From Paramecium tetraurelia (taxonomy: Eukaryota): 27,155 nt of DNA. The notes beneath the pieces are model-generated. The model was not told the origin of the DNA, did no database searches, and saw nothing but the letters and a program-made list of their open reading frames with translations. Each line of letters opens with the position of its first letter. Within the stretch, counting starts at the first letter, position 1. Of the stretch, positions 12,701-24,167 are shown piece by piece. The stretch is taken from contig CT868452.1 of assembly GCA_000165425.1 (NCBI GenBank), positions 434,001-461,155 of the forward strand. The letters run 5' to 3'. Position numbers and translations under genes: made by a program.

Positions 12701-15674
12701 TTTCAAATACATAATAGAGCTTATCATTAAATTTGAATAAATCTATTTCTGATTTAGCATTTAAAAAGGATGGATTTTGATAAATAAACGGAATAGGATA
12801 CATATTTGAGTAGAATTTCAGCAACATAACTTTAAGTTCATCATTAGAATTGCTATAAAACAATTAAAACAAGGTTTTCATATTACCGATAATTTGTAAA
12901 TTGTCTTTTTTTTGGTTTTGGTATGTAGTTATCATTGACAACAACTTTTTTGATGATTCTCCTCTCTTAATAATATTAAAAAAAAATGGAATTAATGCTT
13001 TAAATTTTAATGTATCCTTCATATCATCCATCCAATTTGAAACAATTTTCTTCTCTTATTGCGGAGTTGTTTCAGTTAATGAGATGTTGAAATCTTCAAG
13101 AGTAAAGCCGCCATCTAAAGGACATTAATCAAAGATATTCTGTTGAAGATAATAAGCAGAGTATAAATAGATGCGTTTAAAGAAACCTACTTTACCCAGT
13201 TCTTCCTTATAAAACTGTGGATTCTCCTAAAATAATGAAAAACATTCTTCTTCCAATAATTTGCCAAGGTTTTTGGCGTTTAAAAATACTATTAAGTTAT
13301 ATTTGAAATTATGTTTATCTATCACTTATTTTTGCCTAGCACTCCAAATATAGTCGAAATTATAATAAGTCTTATCAAGAAAATGATTTAAGTTAGACAA
13401 TATAAATTTTGAGATCTATTCATCCTTTTTAGCCATAATTGTAAAAATAATTATTAATGTTCTTTTAAAAATACTAGGTGTAATTTATTGTTGAATATTT
13501 CTTGAGAATAAGAAATTTAATGACTAAGGTTTTAAACATATGAATAAGGCTCTGAAAGTTTCAATCTTCACATGATATTTTCCTGAGCATTGTGGGACTA
13601 ATTTTTCAAGAATCTTAATATAAATGTATTTTGTTTTGGCATCTGAAATTAAATATTAATTGACTGTTGCAACTAAAAGTATCTTAAATTTATTCTTTCC
13701 AAAAAGAATTTTCAGAGAATATAACTCTTTTTCGTTTAATGAGAACAACTCTTTGATTAATTCTATTGGTAATTATGATGTTTCTTCTAACTTTAATTCT
13801 TAATGATTTCCTTCTAGGTTTTAATTTTCTATAAAAAATTCATTTAGGCACAATACTGCCTTAACAAGCTTGAAAGATTAACTTATCTTATAGAGCTTGA
13901 TGATGCTTGTTATAAATTTTTTGAATTTTGGATTCAACAATTCTAATAATAACACAATTTCTCCATATGATAAATTTTATTCTTGATTTATTAATTCCCT
14001 TATGTATATATCAATATCATTGCTATTCTGAAGTATAAATTGTAACTCTAAATCTTTTTTTTTTTTATTAAAAAATTCCCTTTAAGGATTTTAAAACAAA
14101 AGCCATATCAAAAATTGCTAATAGTGAGTTGAGCTTGTATCAAAATTTTAATTAAAAATCTCTTATGAACAATTTGTTGGCAAAACATCTTGCTTTTTCA
14201 GAGTGGTTTCATTATTTTAATTCATATCAATTTATTCTATTCTTTAGCCATAATTACAATTTTCATTCTTTTGACCTAACTAGATTTTTAGCATTTTCAA
14301 TTTAAATATCGGCATAAATTTTAAATTGTTTAATATGCAATATAAATCAGTTTATAAAATTTTTTCAATGTCCTTATCAAAGAATTAATCAATTAATTTG
14401 TATTTACCTTTTTGGAAATTTTCATAAATAGTTATTTTCTCTTTATCTAGATATTCTTCTTATTAAAATGTAAATTAAATTGAATGATGGGTAAACAAAC
14501 GGTAAATTTAATCTTAGCTATTGCCTTTGACTTTAGAAATAAAACTCTTTATGAATCTTTACTTAGATTCAATTTTAGCGAGCGAGTCTTTTTTTAGATT
14601 TTATTAAAATTCATTTAATTCATTAGATTTGTTATAACAATATTACTGCCAAAAGTAGAAGATTAAGCTGAAGTATAAGCTTTCAAACCCATGATACTTC
14701 AGAATATTTTAATCCATTTTTTTCAGATTTATTTTTTATTCCCATCTAACGTTCTCGCAATAATGTAACAGTGAAACTTACTTTTTAATATTTTCAATTG
14801 CTTTTTCCTTTGTTTGAGTTGTGCATAACTTAATAAACATTTTTTAATCAAAGGATAGGGAGGATAATTCCATTGAAAAATCTTAATATTTTTTTCCTTC
14901 CAACTAAATAGCAGAAATGATTTTATTAATCATTTCAGAGTTTGCTGACGAAAATAAATTATTTTCATATTCTAAAAATTACAACACTTATTCTTCTAAT
15001 AAAGCACCTATAATCATTTCTAATTTTTTTGTTTCGGATTCATTAAGATCATTATTCCCGTCTATAAACCCAAGCAAAATTTTAAATATGTTTAAATAAG
15101 GATATCCCCATTCTTTAATTTTTGTTAAACAGTTTAGATTCAATAAGTGGAATACTTTTTCTTTAAGTTTTTATAGAATTTCAAAATTTTCTATAATTAT
15201 TGGGTTGATATTGTTTTAATCACAAAATTCTTTTTATCTTAAGTGATTTATTAATTATTACCAGTCTGTATTATGTAGTGTTAGCTATTAATAAATCTTT
15301 TTATAATCTATATCCTCTTGGATTTCAGTTGAAAGATCTTCGGCATTTAAAAATTACAATTGAAGTTTCTTTACATATATTTAGGTTTATTAATTAGTTT
15401 AAATGTAAACGAGGGCGGACTTTTAGTCCTCCTCATTCAATTTTACAAATATTTCTTTAAACATCTCTAAAATCTCAGTTTCATCGGTCCAAATACCGTC
15501 GTTTATTTGTTCGCATAAATCTAAAATTTGCTCTTGAATTTCTTTATCATTAAATTTGAGTGAATTCATAAGAAAATTAATAATATTGTTAAGAAAGATT
15601 TATTTTTATATTCTATTATAATTCTATTACAATCCCAAGTATTAATAGAATTGAAGAAAGTCTTATTCTTGCAT
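6701..15674 (-). CDS. Very large inducible GTPase (VLIG/GVIN1/URGCP-type) with C-terminal Cys/His cluster and vWA domain, ~2,970 aa; one frame break at ~8530-8545
   Basis: One TGA-free frame of >7 kb from ATG 15674. G1 VLSVLGPQSSGKSTILN (11229-11252), FGCHFWTSVGRCTKG, G3 LDTEGLQS, G4-like CFNQN, and upstream family motifs GIEIFWRE and GEPFEFLDGD. Cys/His cluster GCRHTCPMCKRKC..H.H.C..GH. vWA domain HYIFMIDDSWSM...GGLTSF...LFYTDG. Introns 6969-6991 and probably 7587-7610; stop at 6701-6703. The start is the first ATG after an in-frame TGA near 15771. Confidence 0.88.
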
Positions 15675-15904
15675 ATATTTGAGGCATTTTAAAAATAAAC
15701 CCAATTAATTCAATTGTAAAATTATGCTATGATTAATTGTTACGAAATATACATGTTCTTCTTTTATATTTCAAGTTCCTCTACATCAATCAATAGGGAA
15801 ACAAAGAGGTAACGAAATAAAAATACGGTAAAAAAAATTAATTGAAATGAGGATCTTTAACAATAGTTCTTTACTTTTTTTCGTATCTAATTTAATATTG
15901 AGAT

Positions 15905-16085
15905 ATCGTTGATTATTCTTATCTTAACACTTCAAACCATCTATTATAAAAAAATGAAAATTTGTTATTTAAAAACCTAATAGTATTGCACTATATGAAT
16001 AATTTTAGCATCAGTTCACTACATTTAGATCATCCCATCTACTCTAAATTATATGAAAAGATAAAGTTTCAAATTCGCCAGTTGA
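15905..16085 (-). repeat. Degenerate non-coding repeat, copy C
   Basis: Reverse complement shares ACTTyATCTkTTmATA..TAGAG.AGATGrGAT with copy A and, 31 nt later (33 nt in copy A), an identical ATTCATATAGTG. There is a weaker TAGATGGTTT..AGAATA match to copy B. Confidence 0.55.
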
Positions 16086-16868
16086 TAAACAAGTTCCAAA
16101 ATAAATTGCAGATTCTCTTTGAATAATTGATTAAAAGATAATAAAATTTGTTGAAAGATCTCAATAAAAATATGGTTGATGAAAATAAATTATCTCCGAA
16201 TTTGATTTAATGTGCCCATTCTGAAAAATCTGAATCATTTATAATAAATATAAAAAGATAATTGTATTCATTTCTAATATATAATTCATCTATAACCTAA
16301 TTAAAATGTAATAAAAAAAATGGATCACATTGTTACATTTACAAATGAAAATTCTAAATGTCTTAGAAATAAGTAAAATAATTGTAAGAAAGAAATAAAC
16401 CATAGACAGAGCAATAATATTGGTTAATTTCATTGACAAAAATGTTTAGAATTCTGATTTTCTTATAGAGTCTTAAATTAGGATAGTTGAAATTCAAAGA
16501 AAAACAGATTAAAATAGTCCCATCATCCTCAATTTAATAAAGATATTTAATAACTTAAATTAGGTTAGGACAAAGGAGAGCTTAGGAACATAAAATGATT
16601 TGAATTTCTTAGAATATCATACGGAAACAATGTCGAACTCATCATAACAAATTCCATCCATATTACAATCACTTCATTAATATATTCATTTTTTCATATA
16701 TAATTTTTTGAATAACAATATTAGTAGAAATTAAAGAACAATAAAAGGATAGTTAATAATAAAATATTCTCAAAATTAAGTTAATTAACAATAATAATAA
16801 TAATCTCAAAAATCTAATCTAAAAATATATTACTAATAACATCCAAAAATTTAATCATAATGATAATC

Positions 16869-17127
16869 ATTCAAAAACCCTAATCTTAAAAATTAATAAC
16901 CTAGAATTCACACTTAATTTCTTTATCAACTTTTATATTATTATTATCATAATATTTAATATCTAGTCTCATAATTAATACTATTCTAAAATATCTCTAA
17001 ACCTCTAGCTTAATTATAAATTTGCACTATATATAATTTTAATCAAGGTAATAAGTAGTTTCATTCAAATCATAAGACAATAATTTATCGAATTATACAT
17101 TGATTCTGCTCTAAATATAGAAGTTGA
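16869..17127 (-). repeat. Degenerate non-coding repeat, copy B
   Basis: Reverse complement ATATAGTGCAAATTTATAATTAAGCTAGAGGTTTAGAGATATTTTAGAATAGTATTAATTATGAGACTAGA matches copy A 6252-6320, including a 13-nt identity AGAATAGTATTAA. Outer limits are approximate. Confidence 0.65.
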
Positions 17128-17425
17128 TTTTTAAATACGGTTTCCATTTGAATCATAATGTAATTATATCTAATCTAACTTAAAATTCTTCTCATTTCTT
17201 TAATTATTGCATTAATTAAAATTAAATCATATTTAATTAACGTAATTGTGATTTAAAGAATTCTTCTCTAACTTTTGTATTTCACACCGAAGTTCCATTT
17301 TTATATCGAAGTTTAATTTAGCATAAAAATATTTCTTATCTATTTTTCTTGTAATTCTTTTTGTTGTTATAAGTTATTTTTAGATTTTACTTTCAAGATT
17401 TTTAGAAATATATTTAACATTATTA

Positions 17426-20400
17426 ATGTTCATACTAATCTGTGCTATTTTTTTAATCCTTTAATAGATTAATTGCACATGGGTGAGAATAAGTTCATAT
17501 GTAACAGCAATCAAGCAATTTAGTAACACAGATACTGATGGGTTCATAAGTCAATTTGGAAATCCAAATATACCTGCTAATTATATGACTTGTTCAGCAG
17601 AAGGGAGCTATATAACTTTAAATGCTTAATCATAATCAGCAACATATATGAACAGTTTCTCTGCAAATTCTTATTCAATGTATTTAATCACATACGACCT
17701 CATATTTTTTAACTTGTGGAATAATTTGGATTTTGTATTGTACAGCATTGGCTCCAATTAGAAATAAATAACTTATAATGAGATCGAATAAGTAAGTGTT
17801 TCTAAAGGATTTTGCAATAATTAAGTTGCAATCATTTAATCTATCAATACTACAATAAATTCTACTACTATTTCTGGTTACCACAAATTTCAGATCAACT
17901 CTCTAAGTGCAAGTGTCTCAATAAAAAATTTAGTAGTATCTGCCCTATAATGTCATGGAACTTGTAGAATATGTTTCGGAAGCAAATTTAACTAGTGTAC
18001 TAATTGTTTTCTTTATGGTACTCTTACACCTGAGAATACATGTACATACTCCTGCCCAAGCACAGCTATGTATTATGTTAAAAATTAGGGTTGCAAGCCT
18101 ACATGCCAAATTAGTTAATAAAAGTATGTGAAAGGAGTTTGTGAACCATATCCAAGTATTGATTATTATAACTTAGTTACCAACTTTGTTGGTCTTTATA
18201 TTTAATAATATAAATCTACAGAACAATTTAGATGGCAAATTATTTATGATTTTCAGTAATTAAATACAGCATTACCAGAAAACAGACAATATGATGGTTA
18301 TTTTATTTATGGATTGTTTAAAAATAACCAAGGTCTATATAGAGTTCTAACATTGCCAACAAATCCAGGATCATTTATGATAGCGTTTACTCTTGAACTA
18401 GTGCTGTTTAATAAAATGCCACCTTTAAGTAGTATTCAATTTTTAATAAATGATATTTACTATGGATAGCTATATACCGATGATTAAGGTATTTTGAAAG
18501 CGGACAAATTGTTAAGATATTATAACGAAACCAGATAAAATACTGTGTTTAATGGTATTTCTTATACTGATAATCTGTATAATATTTTATATTTCTATGC
18601 CAATATAACAAATACTGTAATTATAAAAATCATAGGGAACTATTCGTAAATTTATTTAATATTTTAGAGATGCAAATGCTGGTTGGGGATTAAGAAGTTT
18701 TTATGTTTATTCTGGTTATTGTCCAACCAATTGCTAGAGATGTGATGAAAAATTTAATTGCGCTTAGTGTTAGGGTGGATATTTGAAATCGAAATGGGGG
18801 ACATGTAGTTTATGTTTAGGTTCTTATTAATAAAAAATTAATACCACTCATTGTTAGGAAGACGATGATCAAACAAATTGTAAAGATCATCATTATAACT
18901 TAGATTCTAAATACATTATTAAAGAATTCATAGGTCTAGAATTAGATCTAGAAGCATACCCATAATATACCCTAATAAGTGTTGTTGGCCAAAACTTTCT
19001 TAAGGGATCAGGAATTTATTATTCAATTTGGAAATCCTAATATAGAATATTTGGAGGACCTTTTATTTGGGCATAGGCAAAGTTTTAAAGAGTTTTTGCA
19101 ATAGAAGATCCTCATCATGCTATAACTATTTCTTTTATTGTGATTTTCGGCCCTAACTTCCCTGAGGATGGGTCATTTACTTTTGGTTTAGATGGAATTC
19201 CTCAAACAGAATTGACATCAAGTAGTTTAGCGGAAATACCGATTCAACATAAATAATTGCATAATTTCAATAGCATAACAATAGAGTTTGAATGCAAAGG
19301 CATAAACAATGAGCCTATTTATGGTTATTGTGGATTCTATTAACTTTATGTTACAGTTCATTAATGTAAACCTAATTGCAATTCTTGTTCAAATGATTCA
19401 GATTGCTCAGATCCAAATTATATAGAATAAATAATTCTATGCTCAGATGACCAATACTTTGATTAATATCAGTAAAAATGTTAAAGTTGTCCTACTACTT
19501 GTAACACATGCACTTCTTTTTAAAATTGTTTAACTTGTGTTGCAACTTTCTCGAATCCAACCTAAGGCTGCATTTGTGCTTCTAATCAATATCTGGAATC
19601 TAACATATGTAATAATTGTCCTTAGAATTGTAATCAATGCATTAGTTCTTTAAAATGCACAGAATGTGTTCCAAGCTTGTTTAGAATATTAGTGGATAAT
19701 TAATGCGTTTGCTAGGATAGTTATTTTGAAGAAAATTAAGGATAAGTATGCCAAAAATGTATCTAGAATTGTCTAAAATGTTCATATTTAAATCAATGTG
19801 AGATTTGTTTAGTTGGGTATTAGTTAAGTAATATTGGAACCTGTGACTAAAATCCGAATACTTATTTTATGGCAACACTTTAAAAATACTTGGATTGTCC
19901 AGTTTCATCAACATGCAATCCTTGCTAAGGAATAAATTTGTCATGTGATTGTGGTGATATGATCATTACAGGGGATGAATTTTGTGATGATGGGAACTCA
20001 ATTCAATATGATGGATGTTTTGAATGCAAATTCTAGTGTTAACCTTAATGCACTAAATGTATTGATGGAATCTGTTATGAATGTGCTACATTGGGTTGGT
20101 ATTTAGATGTTTCTTAGTCAACTTATTAATGCAAGGAAGTTTGTTGGGATGGATTAGTAGTTGGAAACGAAAAATGTGATGATGCTATATCTACAACCAA
20201 TTGCAAAGATTGTAAATACTACTGTAGAACTGATTGCGTAGATTGCGATTATTAGAATGGTAAATGCATTGGATGTAGAGAAGGTCTGATTCCTGAAAAT
20301 AATTATTGCAGAAATATTTGTGGAGACGGCATTGTTGTATCTGCTATTGATATTTCTTTTAATGAAGAGTGTGATGATGGTAATCTATTTGATTATGACG

Positions 20401-23400
20401 GATGCAGTAAAATATGCTAATTACAATGCTAGAATATATCAATTTGTGATGATTGTCAAAACAACAAATGTTTCCATTGTATTAATAAATATAAACTGAA
20501 TATTAATTTGCATAGGTGCGAATGCGATCAATTTTGCCAATAATGCGATTTAATTAATGGACAAGGATGTGTATTATGTAAACCTGGATTTATTTTAATT
20601 GATCGTGAATGTGTAGCAATTTGCGGGGACTCATTAGTAACACCTGTTGAATAATGCGATGATGGAAATCTCATTTTTGGAGATGGATGCCATTAATGCT
20701 ACTTTAGTTGTGAAAATCAATGCTTAACATGTACAATGGGGTATTGTCTTGTATGTGCTATTGGCTATCAAAACATTGAAGGGAGATGTTAAGAACTATA
20801 TATTTAAACATCTTCTGTTGTTTAACCGAAAAATGATATTTATTCAAATGCCCTTTTACAATCATTTTATTAAGACTATTAGTACAATAATTATCTTAAC
20901 CAAATAAGTTTAGAGGCTTTGGATAATAAATCTCTTTAGTAAATACAACAAGATGAAATTGTGTATTTTACTTTTTTATTTGTAAATCTTATATAATCTT
21001 CAAATTAATAAATCTTTTTTGATGCTGATCTATCAATAATTAATTATTAACGAAATTAAGAAAGTATAATGTATAGCAATTGTTTCATGTTAGATAATAA
21101 ATGTATGAATCACTGTCTTGAATTTACTAAATAGGAGGGCTTAATATTAAAACCATTAGAAATTTGCTAATATGAAAAACTCATAACTATTGAGTATTTG
21201 GATGATAGTTTTTAAGTATGCAACGGAAATGGTTTCGAATGTTTATAGAAATGCCCAATTTATTGTTAAATTTGCTCTCAAGATGCATGCCTTTCTTGTA
21301 ATGCTGGTTATAATTTGGATATAATTGGCAACTCTTGTACACCTGTTTGCGGAGATAACCTTATTACTGTTGAAGAATTATGTGATGATGGGAATAATCT
21401 TATTTATGATGGTTGCAGCTTATGCTAATTTTAATGTTAAGATGAATGTCTTGATTGTTAATATGGTAAATGTAAATAATGTTAAGATACTGTATTTTAT
21501 GATGTAATAAAGAGTAGATGCTTTGATCGGAAAAGTTGTAATGAAAAAGATGGATTATATTATGATGATAAAAATAATTAATGTTTTACTAAATGTGGAG
21601 ATTCTATCAAAGCAGGAACTGAATAGTGTGATGATGGAAATGAAATACAATATGATGGTTGCTTTTAATGTTTGGTTTCTTGTGATAAATTCTGCGCTGT
21701 GTGTCAATTAAAAGGCTGTGAATAATGTTAAACTGGATACAAGAAAATTGATTAAGAATGCATTCTTGATTGCGGAGATGGTTTAATTATAGGTAATGAA
21801 GAGTGTGATGATGGTAATTCTCTAAAGNNNNNNNNNNNNNNNNNNNNNNNNNNNNNNNNNNNNNNNNNNNNNNNNNNNNNNNNNNNNNNNNNNNNNNNNN
21901 NNNNNNNNNNNNNNNNNNNNNNNNNNNNNNNNNNNNNNNNNNNNNNNNNNNNNNNNNNNNNNNNNNNNNNNNNNNNNNNNNNNNNNNNNNNNNNNNNNNN
22001 NNNNNNNNNCTTTAATAATTTCAAACTTTTACAATAAAATTTATAATTATTCATCCTTTACTCTTATATTTTTAATCATATTTAATTTAATATTTTTATT
22101 ATTTTAATTCTCTAAATTATTATTTATTCACAAATTTTATATTTTATCAATTATATAAATTTTAAACGTCTTTATTAAAATATCTTTTTTTTTTAATTCA
22201 ATCCTGAATGTGCAGATTGTGAGCTAAAAAATGGTTAATTAGTTTGTTTACAATGTAGTAAAGGCTACTTTATTAGTTTTGGTGAATGTTTAAAATGTTC
22301 TGAACATTGTTTAGAATGCTAAAGTAGCCCTAATAATTGTACAGAGTGTATGATAGAAAATTGCCAAAAATGCGATAAAAAATTAGGATATTATAATGAT
22401 CTTAGTTCAAAAAAATGTACTACAATTTGTGGAGATGGTATCATGGCTGGAACGGAGGAATGTGATGACGGCAATAATTTCAATTAAGATGGATGCAATT
22501 AAAGATGTGAAATTGAAAAAGGATCTTAGTGTGTTTTAAACTTTTGTAATAAAAAAGAAGAAAAATAAATTGAATATCATTATTCTAATTCTAGCACTGC
22601 TAATAGCTTATTCTTGAAGAGTGAGATTAATTTTGAAGATTGTTGCACTAGAATCAAGGTTAATATTGAGTATTTTAATAGTAGTGATTTTAATTATTCA
22701 TTAATGCCTATTTAATTAAAATCCAATAATAAATCTTAATTAGATACTAAATTTCATGAATGTCAAATTTAATTTAACTTCTTTAAAACTATTACAGAAA
22801 TTAATTTAATACATTTATTAATTCCCTTATCTTAAAGTTCATCAAGACTTTTAAAGGAGGATGATATTAGAGAAATCATTGTTACCCCAAGAAAATAGGT
22901 TTATTATAATCAAGCTTAGATAGCTTAAGCATAGGCAGTTGTTTCTACTTCAAATCAATTACAATTTTTATTATAATTAATCGGCCCATTGACAATTTTA
23001 TTTGGAGGACTTAACTTTTTTTGGACAATTTTGGACTTATTAACTTGGATTAACAATTTTTATTTACTCAATGTAGATTATCCACTGAATGTGAAATTGT
23101 TCTTTTAACATTTATAATGGGATGATATTTTTAATATTCCTGAATTTATTTCTTTAAATTAACCGACTGACCCTTACTACTTTGAAGCTCCTCCAAAATT
23201 TAATGAAAAAAATATTAATCCATTATTTCTTAATAATATATAGGTTTTTAGTTGCCTCATATTATTGGCTATCTTAATATACTTGTTATCCTTAACAGTT
23301 ATAAAAATTTTTGAAAAAAAGTTTACAAAAATAAATGTTCCAAGAAAAAGTATTGCTGTTTTCACAGTCTGCTATGTTGAATCTAATATGTAAACATAAG

Positions 23401-24167
23401 AACAATAATAGCCAAAATACCCTATGAATGAGAAGCTTTAAAGACTTCCAAGCATAGTAGTTTTAGTAATTAGATAATCATATAAGTATAAGCTAACATT
23501 TTTATCTAAACTTTTCGCAATAACCAATTTACTTTTACTAGATATTTTTATGGCCTGCTTGCTGTAATTAATTTGTGAGAAAAAGTATGATTACTTTATA
23601 GTAACTATCAACAATTTTTTGGCAATTTTTGGTCTTATATTCATCTTGGGGATGTACTAGTTGCACGAATTCGTTAGTTCAAAGCACTAATTATTGTTAA
23701 ACCACTTTAGCTTTTCAAACAAATATTCTTCAATCTATGAAGGAATTGACTATGAAAATAAAATAGCCAAAAAATACTGTTATTTTAATTTGATTAGAAA
23801 AATCGCCTTCATTGTTTCATTAGTAATTTTGTATGAGAAACCCGTCTTATAAACTACTCTTTGTTGCCTATCTTGCTTTATTAATTAGGCATTTTTGCTA
23901 TATTAGAATCCTTTTGATTCAAAAATTTAACTAATATAAGTAGGAGTCCCGGATTTTAGTATTTTTTCTATAATCTTGTTGACCGTATTAATTTCGGTGG
24001 ATGATTTGACTAATATTTTGAGTTTTGATCAAAAATACAACATTGGATGGGCAATTATATGTTTAATCAGTTTATCAATACTGATTTAATTAATTTTTTT
24101 ATTAATAGAGTTTTATAAAAATCTCTTAGCAAATTTAAGAGGACTAAAGTAACTCTTTTGTAAATGA
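17426..24167 (+). CDS. Large cysteine-rich surface protein: signal peptide, furin/EGF-like CxxCxxC repeats, 8 Myxococcus-type Cys-rich (DUF4215-like) repeats, C-terminal multi-pass TM domain; spans an assembly gap
   Basis: N-terminus MFILICAIFLILQQINC. Repeats such as CGDMIITGDEFCDDGNSIQYDGC and CGDGIMAGTEECDDGNNFNQDGC. TM region begins LLQLIGPLTILFGGLNFFWTILDLLTWINNFYLLNVDYPLNVKLFF, with several further hydrophobic helices. Introns 18646-18667 and 18880-18903; TGA at 24165-24167. Confidence 0.88.
19949..22497 (+). repeat. Intragenic array of eight CGD(G)x(4-10)ExCDDGNxxxxDGC repeats
   Basis: Units begin near 19949, 20142, 20319, 20622, 21348, 21594, 21771 and 22428 (DNA signature TGTGGAGAT...TGTGATGATGG). 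Confidence 0.85.
21828..22009. other. Assembly gap (182 N)
   Basis: Run of N characters. Confidence 1.

Noticed and set aside
15995..16863. Two + strand code-6 ORFs (~118 and ~172 aa) in the VLIG / surface-gene spacer
   Set aside because: No motifs or convincing introns, the first overlaps repeat copy C, and such lengths occur by chance when TGA is the only stop.
22010..22205. AT-rich block as a retained IES or long intron
   Set aside because: It is explained as G>T converted coding sequence duplicating the pre-gap bases; no GT-AG or IES-like ends are visible.
19949..22497. Regularly recurring TGTGATGATGG motif as a CRISPR-like array
   Set aside because: These are protein-coding CDDG repeats with irregular spacing in a eukaryotic gene.
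201..23365. ORFs in the supplied standard-code track
   Set aside because: They are antisense or off-frame shadows of code-6 genes. Only 12660-12863 is in a real frame, as a fragment of the VLIG gene.
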